Shown here piece after piece: positions 1 through 10,941 of a stretch of 64,000 nucleotides of DNA (the stretch's first letter is position 1; each line of letters begins with the position of its first letter). Both the position numbers and the translations under genes were made by a program. The stretch comes from Perna viridis. Lineage: Eukaryota. The notes beneath the pieces are model-generated. The model was not told the DNA's origin, did no database searches, and saw nothing but the letters and a program-made list of their open reading frames with translations. The stretch lies in contig CM074514.1 of NCBI GenBank assembly GCA_037379345.1, positions 52,390,001 through 52,454,000 on the forward strand, read 5' to 3'.

Positions 1-526
1 TAATCACTTTCTTAGAATGAACAGAATTTAGTGTTTTGCTCTAAAGTACATTGCAATTCCATGGTTGTGCAGTAACTTCGTGATAATCGCATGCATTATT
101 CTTAGATTTAGATTTTTCTTTGTGTTTGATTGTAATGTTACTGGTGAAAAGATACCCTTGATATATGTGTACAGCTTATCAACATTTGAATTGTTCATAT
201 GATTCACATTTGTCATTTTTTTTACATTCGTATATAATACTTAAATCTCGTTTTTGTAATAAAAAAACTTTTGTTATATTTTCCCATAAGCGTTATATTA
301 TTAATTCCCCTATGTAATCCCATAGGACTCTGCATGGAGTCATCTTCCGCAATGTCAAGTATATCCTTTAACACTTATAAAGTATTTCCTGAAATAAAAA
401 CGAGGGCAATGGGATCATAGCTTATACATCATACGCAAAGTGCACTAGGAAATAGATTTTGATCAAATTTCATTAATTACACAATAATTTCCTTGTGTTG
501 TATTAGAACGATAATATCAAATTAAA

Positions 527-3170
527 ATGGAAAGGATTAGATTTATTTTTTTGTCTTGGTTTGTGTGTGTTTGTTTTCATTGTAAGTATCATCTCTTAAT
601 AAATATATAGCTATTAACAAACAAAGACGGTACACCACGAATTTAAAAAAAAAGATTTTTTATAGAATTGTATACTTTCTTGAATTGCAAAGAAAAGAAT
701 ACTTTATATAGATAAAATAAATATACCATCCTATTACATTAATTGATATTTGTTTTTACTAGGTGTGCATATATCTGGTTCAAAGACAGATTGGATTTCA
801 TATCGTGGTATGTCATTGTAAGAAAAAGTGAAACTTACAACATATGTGAATTCTAAGAACAATAGTTAAACTTGTTCAGAGTTTCATTATTAGATAAACA
901 TTATACACATGTGACCAGCATTACTGTAGATAAATATTACAAACATGACCAGCATTACTGTAGATAAACATTACAAACATGACCAGCATTACTGATGAGA
1001 GATTTTACAGAAAGTTGCAACAATTGAAATTACTTTTATTTTACCAAATCGCAAAATCTCCAAATATTTTCAATGCACAGTATAAATGTATTGTTATATG
1101 AAAAGTTTTCCTTTCGATAAAGTTGAGCTAATTAAACGGTCAAAATATCCAACAGAACTAAACAAATGCTTAAAATGCTTAGTGATATTGAATTAATCCA
1201 TAGTCTAAATATGTACGCGTTTTACTTTCTAATAGACAAATTTTATTGTTTCTAGACTTGATTTAAAAAATTCAGAAATAAATTTGACAAATGACACAAT
1301 CAAAATTGATTTGATATTTGATAAAATTGCAACATGCAATGTATTATTACTAAAATTTGATGCCTCCATACCCTTCCATCAAAATTTTATTTTGTTAGAT
1401 GGTGTATGTACTTATGAAATACATTACATGAAAATAGTTTGTTTTTGGGAGAAAGCGGAATTTACCTTTATCTAACAATTAAAATAAATCTGGATATTTT
1501 CTATGAAATTTCTCCATTTCCAAAAAGAAAACTCAATGTAATGACATCATAATTACGTCATTTCATCACGGTGAAGAAAACTGGTTTTCATAGAAACGGG
1601 TTTACAATTTTTCTTGTTTATTATAATCAAATCGTTCGATGAAGAACAAACCAAATTTTTGGGTCGAATTTGGCTGTTTCAGTCCACCTTTTCACTTAAG
1701 AAAAAATGTGTGTTACTATATAGAAGTATTTGTTTGTTTTAAACGACATTTGCGAATGTTGTAATTTATTTTTCTTTACAAGAAAGTTACCAAATTACAT
1801 ATATCTTTGGGACTAAACAAACTCTTAACGACACTGTTCTTCTAATAAATTGTATTTGCATATAAATATATTCCTTGATTCGAACATTTTTTTCTAGGTT
1901 GCTTCGGGGGTTTGAAAAACGATAATACTAAAATGAAACGTCATGAGATATTGTCAAATCAACCAAGTCTTTGTTCAAAATACTGTAAGAGTTATAAGCG
2001 TTTCGCGTTGGTGGTAAGTATGTAAAGCTACAACAAAATAGAAAGATTCGTCTTGTAAAATTGCGACTTATTATTCAATTGTTTTTGGATTATCTAGTTA
2101 TATGTATAATTGCAAAGGTTTTTTAATCTTTATGAAAGTTTTTTTTCTGACTATTAAACTCTGGCTTTGATAAACCTGTATTTCTTTAAGCACTGCTTGA
2201 CCTAAGAATCTTGCAAATAAAGAAAATAGGTGACATGTCAATTTTTGTGTGAAATTTCACATACGAGTCGAATTTAATGTTCGGATAGATGAGATTAGTC
2301 GAGACAGTTTATTTGAATAATAGAGAATTGATATTGTGAATATGTCAGAGAGACGTTAACCTTACTGGGATAAGAAAAAATGTCAGCTTAATGGCATTCA
2401 GTAGTCTTCAATAAAGGACGAGGAAACCCTCTCACTACAGGGCAGGCTGCAGCTATTGTACAGCGTACAAGTATAGCGAAATAGTTGAATTCTACAAAAA
2501 AAAATTTTCCATATGCTATTCGAAACAGACTAATATATAACACTATTTTTACTAGGTTCTTTTAATCCAAACAAATTACAATACACATCATTTTTTTACT
2601 AAGGCATAACCAGTTGTTTTTAGAACACTATATAGGCTTAGCAAGTAAAGACTTTTCTATAAAAAAAATTCTAAATCTTATCAAACAAATCGTACTTATA
2701 AACATTTAATATCGATATGCTATTTTTCATGAGTGGATTCTTTAGTCCTAAGACATTGTATTTGATATGTTTCACATGATTGTCTTACAAAACGTACGGC
2801 AGACATAAATTGATGTTTGTTTTATGTTCTTATGATTATTCAATTAGGATTGTGATTAAATATTTATCCACTGCTATCGCTCGGGATAAAACCAATGCGA
2901 CATAAATAGCCAGCCCGTAGTAAAACAATGATAAAAGGGAGTTTCCGTGATTTATTTCTTAATTCTGTACATAAATTCTAGTTCGTCGCTTACAATGGAA
3001 TCATTCTTGCAACCACCGATGCTGGTAATATCGAATAATATCAGATAGACACAGGACATACACACAAGTTTTAATTGATAAACCATATTCAATTTAAGGA
3101 ATGCCAAATTTTCCTAAAACATAATAATAATGTTTGTTTTACATGTCTCTTTTTAAAACTCGTGGTTTGG

Positions 3171-3214
<44 letters not shown>

Positions 3215-6200
3215 ATTTTATTTTCACTTATTTATTATTCATATATTCTGTACTGTTTTGACTACTGATTTTACAGATTTTTACTGGTGGCAATTTTATG
3301 CTGCTCATTTGTATGTGTTTAAATATATCGGAAATAATGAAGTCTGGTGTAACTCATCTTTCGTTTTAGAATTCCTTTACCCAGTCAGGACCATTGCGGT
3401 AGTCTTACACTTTACCCTGACATTCACATTTGTTGAACGGATTTTCTTTTTTTACTACTGCATAGATTTTATCATTATTAACCCTCATTTCAGAATAGTA
3501 CTTGCTATTGCTTTAATGATGTCGTTTATAATAAATTTCCTCGGAACAGCTGTTTTGCAAAATGTCCAGATTTTTCAAAGAAAATGTATTGTGGTTCAGA
3601 AGATGGGAATTCAGGAAGCGTGTACGAAAGGCACCCTGGTAAACTTGTCTTTTTATTTCTTTAATTCTGATTTCTATTTCACTTTTGACTTATGAAAGTT
3701 GGTTTTGTACACCATTATTAACTTTATAAGCAATCAATCAGGACATGCCATTAAGTGCAAGCCGTTTCTTTTTCTGTCTTGGTATTTGATAACTTGGGCT
3801 TTGGTCTCAGTATTGTTTCTCAAAGTTTTCTTTAGAAAAAAAAGATTTATTTTTATTTTTAAGTGTCAAAGAAAAACTTATTCAAAGAATCCCCTTTTAA
3901 GAAATAAAGCTTGTTTTAATTGTAATGTTTCAGATTTGATACTCAATGGATCGTCTGACTGTCTTGCTGTTCGGTGTTTTAATCACACAGTTTTACACGA
4001 ATCAGTGGAATGCAGTACGAGACTTCAATATGCTTGCTTAAAAACAAGTAGGTGCACCTGAAAAACACAATCTCTTCCAAAGATAACCGTTTTCTAATTT
4101 TCTACATATAATTTCGCTAACTTGTAGACTATTTTAAAACTTCCAAAAGGCACGAGTACCGTCATTTCAAATTCGCGAACGTGTTTACGATCTTCTGCAC
4201 TATTTTGCATTAATAGACGTAGTCTATTACCGAGAATGGCAGTTGTGTAAACGTTTGAAATAGCGGATATACTTTATGTGGAAGTGATTTTTATTAACGA
4301 TGATTATCGTCAATTACGTCTATATTTACTTATTTTAATTTTGAAACAATTGTACGAAAAAAAAACAGATATTGTGAAACAAAACAAATGCACCATCGTA
4401 TAACCGTATTATCAAAAGGTCTTCAATAAGTGTAAACACACCTTCAAGTAAACTCTGAAAGGCCCCGACAACAAAAGTAATAAAATTCACAGGAACATTA
4501 CGATGGCACTCTTTCAAAATAAACTAAATTGTCATATAACGAAATGAAGACACATTACACTTTTTTATAATTCAATTTTCGTAGTACTGATTGAGTTGAC
4601 CATAACAAATCTGGGATGTAAGTTTTATGCATGAAAATAGAACTGATTTTGTCTTTATAATTGTCTTCTGAATGTTATTGCAGGGCCTTCTGAACGAAGA
4701 TCATTTTACGAGGCGAAACTTTTGTGCGAAAACGGATTTAGTAGACTATATGCTTATGGTGAAATCAAATGTCCAAACATTAATAACGCCACGAAATATT
4801 GGGTTGGAACATTCAGATCTTCGAAAGGTACAAATAGCAAACGCGCTAAATAAGAAGTACTATCTTCTAAAAAAAGACGCAGTAAAATTTAGTTCTAAGT
4901 TTCTACGTTTCTTTCAAGAAAACAACACATTTTTTTCGAACGTAATTTCAAATTTTCGATACCGTTTTTCGAACGTCACTAATTAGCAGCATTTGGCCAA
5001 TCGAGAAGCATAATTGCGATCAGGTGATTTTCGTTTTCATAGAAGGGCGTCCTTAAGGTCATAGGGTAAATGCAACCTTCATCATGAAAGCATTGTAATG
5101 AACAAACATCTTAGCAAAACAATGTTCCTATTTTGATAAATGCAAATTCTTATCTATACTTTTGGACTTTTTGTTTTATTCTCCGCCGATGTTTCTGGAC
5201 AAGCAGAGGACACTTACTCATCCGGTGCACCTGGTCCATGCTCCCAGTTTTTAGTGGAATCCGAGTTGCTCATTTACTTTTGTTACTTTGTATGTATTAT
5301 TGTATTTATTATATGTTCTTGGTTGTGTTTTTTTCCATGTTTGGTCTTTGTCCCTGGACTACATTCTTTTTATTTCCTCTAGAATCTTGGTTCCCTTGAC
5401 AACTCCTTCAAAGTTGAATTGTCTTTAAACCATGTTGCTTCAACAGCTGAATAAGTTGGGCTTTTTTTATTAGCAAATGCAGTACCTGCCACGGAAACGA
5501 CACCTTCGACGTCGACATTAAAACGAATTACGACGAGTGAGAAAAGCAGACAATATACAGCAACCACTGTTAAAATTTCGAAGACTGATGTGACAAGGAA
5601 CAAATTAAAATTGACGATGCACACATCAACAACCAATAATGTCGATTTAGAAACAACTGTGCAAACGACAATGAGAACTGATTTGGAAACCATTAATGAC
5701 AATTCTGAAATATCTGAAGCTATGAAAGGATTGAACGATGAACAGACCTTTAAATGTGGTTTATATTGCATGGGTAAGTGCTTCTCAAATGACAGCAGTG
5801 ATTAAATTAATTACGTGACATCACGTCAACCATTTAACCGGTTTAAAACCCCATCCTTTTTCAATTTGTTCTATTTCATGTATTTTGGGGGACAATTGAA
5901 AAAAACAGCCTGGAAACTCCTTTTTCCTTAATTCATTCCTTCTGCTGTCTGTGTTGCTACAAATTATGCCTTAAAGAAGTAATGCTTCATTTTATAGAGA
6001 TTTATCTAGCAAATGAATTATGATTCATATATGATTCAGGAATAACTTCTCTAACCACAATATTCTAAGCACATGCAAAAACAGAAATATAAGAAATAAA
6101 TGTATAAATTACCTTTAATAACGTCAAAATAAAACCCTTAATTATCATTTCTATATGTAATTTTTTTTCTTTTTAAGCTTTGACAATTCTTGTCTCTGTA

Positions 6201-7902
6201 ATAAGCATACTGATTCTATTGGTCTGTTTGTTTCAACTACGTCAACAGTGGTGAGTTTTTTTTTCTTTTTGTTTATGTATTGTTTTGTTTTGTTTTTGTT
6301 TTGTTTTGTGTTTTTGTTTTCTTTCTTTTTTGTCGTAGCACGTTAGCTCACGAATTGCCTTTATTTAGATAATAACTTACTCTTATGGACTGTTTTATTT
6401 GTAATACAGTATAAAACATTTTGGATTATGGTTAACGGTATTTGATATTTCAAAGAATAAACACTGTGGTAAAAATAGTTATTTATTTTACTCAGTGAAA
6501 TGTCAAGTATGTATGCACATGACGGAATGAGAAATATAAAACTAGTTATGGCCATAGTCTTCATTTTAGGTACAAACTTACGAAACAAAATCAGGACATA
6601 TCAGATGGAAGCAATAAAAAAGGTCATGATAAATGTTTAGATAATACAAAACATGATAATCTTCCAATATATCTTGATCCTAATTTACAAAAGGCCGTCT
6701 TCCATAAAAAGAACACTTCTGAAAGAAGGAAAATGGCGCATGAACATCACGTGTATGATCAATGCAAGATGTATTCCACAACTGAGACGTCAAAGTCTAA
6801 ATCCACGAGGCCTTCTTCTAGTTATCAGTCACTAAAGTTAACACCAAAACAAAAGGACGAACTGACAGACAGCTTTAAAAAGTTAAAATCTAGAACGGAA
6901 GCCTTCAATGACGAAGTAAAAAATAAATCTCGGTGTTATGACATCCCTATCAATGAGTTTAAGGACCCCAATTATGCAAAACCTTGGGGCAAAAAGGTTA
7001 ACTCGGATGACAAAAGTAAAGATGAAAACGACGGCGCAAACTATGCAGATCCTTGGTCCAATGATCCAGAATCAGATGACGAAACAAAAGAATCCACCCG
7101 GACGGCTAGATACTTGATGAAAAAATTACGTAGCACCGGAATTTTTAATCCTAAAAAAACTCACTGCCAAGAACCCTACGAAGAAACAGAAATAGATGTC
7201 CGTCGATTCGTATATGACAAACCTACCTGTAAACCGGAAGTAATGGGGGAAAAAGAACAATGGAAAAATTATAGATACCAACCAAAGAGTCAAGAAGGAA
7301 CCTCAGTGTTGACTCCTGGAAGAGGATTGAGTGTTGTAAACCACCCCTCAATTCACAGGAGTGCAACCTTTACAAAGACGCCACAAAATCCACCGGACCT
7401 CATATTGCATGATTCAAATTGTTCAGAAGAGCCGTCTGTGTCAGGAAACGATGAACAGTTGGAGGGGAAATTAAAAACAAAAAAGAAAACAAAGAGAAAA
7501 AAAGTAATGCAAAGATTATCACGTTTCTCTTTGAAGTCAACGATTTTTTCCACAGGGAAAAGACCACATTCAGAAGCTGAAGTTGAACATGTGTATGAAA
7601 CCCCTAACCCTATAGGCCGATCTGCGGCAAATACTAGGTCATTGCTGGTTAATCCGGAAAGCATTGGTCTTAGACCATTACAACAGTCTCAGTACCGGTT
7701 TCAACGTGATCATCGATCTAATTACGAATTGGCAAGACCTATCGTTGTTGAGGGAGAAACTACGCAGGAACTCGATCGACGAATGCCGACAGCACCCAGA
7801 TTAAATAATATCTATGCTGTTGCACAGCCAATTACTAGTTCAAGTAGCATACAAGAAGAAACCAATGAGACAAGACCTATTTATTTTGAACCAGTAGTTT
7901 GA
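527..7902 (+). CDS. Type I transmembrane receptor-like protein: signal peptide, WSC domain, C-type-lectin-like module, Thr-rich stalk, TM, Tyr-motif-rich cytoplasmic tail (774 aa, 9 exons)
   Basis: Exons 527-581, 763-807, 1898-2013, 3494-3638, 3934-4047, 4684-4827, 5474-5773, 6178-6250, 6570-7902, all GT-AG and phase-compatible, 2325 nt total. Starts MERIRFIFLSWFVCVCFHCVHISG (signal peptide); 8-Cys WSC pattern YRGCF..C..YC..FAL..CYC..C..KC..YCG..SVY; TM ALTILVSVISILILLVCLF; last exon contains the 6733-7902 ORF in frame. Confidence 0.88.
891..994. repeat. Three-copy tandem repeat, ~34-bp unit
   Basis: Unit TAGATAAACATTACAAACATGACCAGCATTACTG repeated three times with small variations, intronic. 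Confidence 0.85.
3174..3210. repeat. (TA)n microsatellite
   Basis: Uninterrupted TA run inside a dispersed repeat (about 3130-3300) that also occurs inverted near 58370-58520. Confidence 0.95.
4868..5070 (+). repeat. Dispersed repeat, second copy at about 20005-20222
   Basis: Shared blocks GCAGTAAAATTT, TTTTTCGAACG.CACTAA, TTTGGCCAATCG, CGATCAGGTGA and AAGGTCA.AGGGTAAA in both places. Confidence 0.7.
5181..5402 (+). mobile_element. 3' terminal fragment of a Naiad-like Penelope retroelement
   Basis: Same GCAGAGGA..CCGGTGCACCTGGTCCATGCTCCCAGTTTTTAGTGGA.TCCGAGTT block and T-rich tail as the copies that follow RT-thumb coding sequence at 22920, 24299 and 43563. Confidence 0.7.
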
Positions 7903-8264
7903 TTGGTGTAACTATTTACCTACACGTCTCTATAGGAATCAGGCTTTTGTCGAAAAAACGAAGGAACGTTCCTGTCAGTCCATCACCTGTGCGGCAATGT
8001 ATTTTCTTCGAAAGACATCTTCACTTTAATTGATCGGTAGATAGATTGATTACTTGAGTGTGGTTTATGTCCTGTAACGGATATTAAATTAATGAAAGTC
8101 TTAAAATTTTCAATGTTATATTAGAAAACTATCTAATTTGCAGGAGATTGTTTATTTAAAGTGCATTTCAGATATTATACCTTGTGTCGCTTTTTTATCT
8201 TAATGTGCATGATTCTTATTTTCATTTTTCCACTGTACTTCAGTAGTCAACATACCCTGCAAAT

Positions 8265-8501
8265 ACAATATGTAACAATGTAAATATCATTTGTACATAC
8301 GTAACACTATGAATATCATATGCACACATGTACCAGCGTTGAATACCATATGTACACATGTACCAGCGTTGAATAACATGTACACATGTACCAGTGTGAC
8401 TGGCATATGTACACGTGTACAACTGTGAATGTCATAAGTACACATGTACCAGTGTGAATGTCATATATACACCCGGAACACTCTGCATGTCATATGTACG
8501 C
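8265..8501. repeat. Degenerate minisatellite, ~29-bp unit
   Basis: Repeated TGTACACATGTACCAG(C/T)GT..A.T..CATA units downstream of the receptor stop codon. Confidence 0.8.
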
Positions 8502-8893
8502 AAGAATTCGATTTAATTGAATTGCATAGATTTAATAGTCAATCGCTCAATCAATTTGTCCAATGCACCTTATCCCGTTTTTGATTTGATAATCTGTTCG
8601 AACAATCGTTTTCCTTCGAACTTGACAAACAAGAATTATTGTAACACTTTATAAATAGTACAGCCAAGTACTGTACGCAAAGCTTACCTGATGTCTTTTT
8701 TCCTGATCTTCAGTTTTTATTTGTAATATATTTTATTCGGACCGCTGCATTGTGTTTGTACTGGTCATGTATTTGGATCTTGACGTATTTGAATTGTACC
8801 ATTGTACACGCTTCGGTTTGTTATGATATGACTCACCCCATATATGAAATACATGTCGTAATATCAAGTGGCTGTGATAAGTACTGTAGACAA

Positions 8894-9231
8894 ACGAACA
8901 GATGGACGGACAGCATGATCACTATGTACCACTTGCAAAGAAAAGTTGGTATAAAAATGGAATCAAGTAGTCAAGTAGTTTCCTAAGTAGCAAATAAAGA
9001 AAAAATCAGGGTATAGTCATGTCCAAATCATTGTACATGGTAAGAAATTATGCTGTTAATATTGTTTCTCGTTCGAACAGATGGACGGACAACATGATCA
9101 CTATATACCACTTGCAAAGAGCAGTAGTTATAAAAATAGAATCAAGTAGTTTCCTGAAAAGCAAATTAAAAAAAATCAGGGTACAGTAATGTCCAAATCA
9201 TTGTAAAATACAAGGTAAGAAATATTGTTGT
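8894..9231. repeat. Diverged direct duplication of about 170 bp
   Basis: CGAACAGATGGACGGACA.CATGATCACTAT.TACCACTTGCAAAG...GTCCAAATCATTGTA occurs at about 8894 and 9074. Confidence 0.8.
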
Positions 9232-9332
9232 TACATGTAATATGTAATATGCCAAACTTTCAAATTTTACAAGTAAATCATATCACGTTTTGTATCATTA
9301 AGTATCTGTAATATACCGAAATAATCAATGAT

Positions 9333-9499
9333 CAGGGGTGGATCAAGACACTTTGAAAAGGAGGGGTTCCAGCCGGGGTTCCTCGGAAAATGGGAAGGAT
9401 GCTAGGACATTATTTGCCATTTTTGTCAATTTTACACTGAGAATGACAATTTTTCCGATAAAAAAGAGGAGTGGTGCCAACCCCCTGCATCCGCCACTG
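9333..9499. mobile_element. Short hAT-type MITE; related copies or fragments at about 18201-18369, 22749-22915 and 32143-32290
   Basis: Termini CAGGGGTGGATC...GCATCCGCCACTG (imperfect TIR). The internal CTAGGACATTATTT..TGA(A/G)AATGAC motif is shared with the 22749 and 32143 copies; the 18201 copy shares the termini. Confidence 0.65.
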
Positions 9500-9591
9500 A
9501 ATAATCATTTATGTTGAGGTATTGAATGTATCATCGAATTAATTATATGGTGTGTTTGTGTGTTTTAGTTCATTTTAGACCTTACATTAAA

Positions 9592-9658
9592 GGGGGATGG
9601 CTAATGCCTTATATAACTAGTTTAACCCCACCGCAGACAAGCGCCTGTCCAAGTCAGG
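9592..9658 (+). ncRNA. Degenerate, circularly permuted twister-ribozyme-like motif within a dispersed repeat
   Basis: GGGG-GATGG-CTA...TAG-TT-TAA-CCCC-AC-CGC(agacaa)GCG-CCTG-TCCAAGT-CAGG: P2, P3, P4 stems, UAA core, L4 close to UCCCAAG(C/U), AC/GU pseudoknot. A second decayed copy lies at 14829-14868. Confidence 0.55.
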
Positions 9659-10941
9659 AGATGTTAGTCATTAATGTGTCTTTGTGTCGTTATATTGCTT
9701 GCAAGCTTTATTCCGAAGATTGTCATCGTTCACTTTGCTGATTGGGCCTTCCAGAGCTTACTTAAAGGTGTGTTTACACTTATTGAAGACCATGTGGTGA
9801 TCTCTGACAGAATATACTTTGATTTTTTAAATACGCTGGTGCATTTGTTACGTTTTACAATATTCGTTCTTCTTCTATTGTTATGTTTTGTTTGACCTAG
9901 AACATGTAAATACATTAAAGTTTAAACTTATTGATTAGCTTTACTTTTTGTTTATGTACTGGTCATTTGTCCGCATAAAAAAATATGATTTGTAGCTTTG
10001 ATAAAATATCAACTGTGGTCAATAGATATTAAACTTAAAATATGTATAATTGATGAAGACTTTTTTTCTCATTGTGTCATGTTAACTGGACCTAAACACA
10101 ATTCTTAGGAACCACCTCATTACTGAACCGGTTAATGCATTACAAATTGTAAATGTCATTCAATAAAAAAAGTAATAATGTACTAAACCATGTAAAGAAC
10201 AGTTATTTCTAAGTGTACTGCAAAAGAAATTTTACCATTTTTTTTTTCAGATTCAATTTGTGTACAATGTATACAATTCTTTTCACGACAAAAAAATACA
10301 GTTCTATGTATTTTAAAATACATTATGCACATTAATGAAACAATTTCAGTAACACTATAAAATGTCACATTGCCTCAAAAGAAAACAAAATACTAAATAA
10401 ATGAATAAGCAATTATCGTATCCAGCATACACCTGCCGGTACAAATCCACCATTTAACAGTAGATGAGAAGTAAATAGAACTAAAAGCCCCCTAAACTTT
10501 TTTGGGGATGAAATTTGTGAAAACTCAAGATTGAGTCTCTCCTGCTGTACTAGTGTCACCCGTCAACAACGAATATTATAATTACAGGAGATATGATCCC
10601 TTTCTGGTGATGTTAATAATATGACCTAACCAGGATTAATATAGTCCCTCTTCATATCCGATTTTTTTTTGTCCTCTGTAGTAATAACTTTAAATTAGTG
10701 GAGGGGGTGGTTGAAACAGGAGACGTTGATACGCGGATACCTTGATACGCGGATACCCTCAGGTATGTCCTTATATTGCTAAACTGAATGCGTATTGGCA
10801 TTACTATTGATCCCGTATCATCGTGTGTGCCACAATTGAACATGGAGTTGAAACTGTTAATATGAAGATCTTCAGAATACATGTATACAGACAATGCAAT
10901 GATGTTACAGTTACAATCTATTTGACAGTTTGTTGTTTGTC

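Noticed and set aside
992-1014. CTGATGAG..GAAA hammerhead-like core
   Set aside because: No stem II or stem III pairing.
3075-3695. 206-aa ORF
   Set aside because: Runs through a (TA)n microsatellite and AT-rich intron; the real exon (3494-3638) is in another frame.
4128-4262. Possible extra receptor exon after TTGTAG
   Set aside because: The compatible frame hits a stop with no convincing donor, and exons 3934-4047 and 4684-4827 join in frame without it.
6694-6835. Alternative acceptor giving a short cytoplasmic tail
   Set aside because: Weak AAG acceptor without a pyrimidine tract; TTTTAG at 6569 is stronger and opens the long frame.
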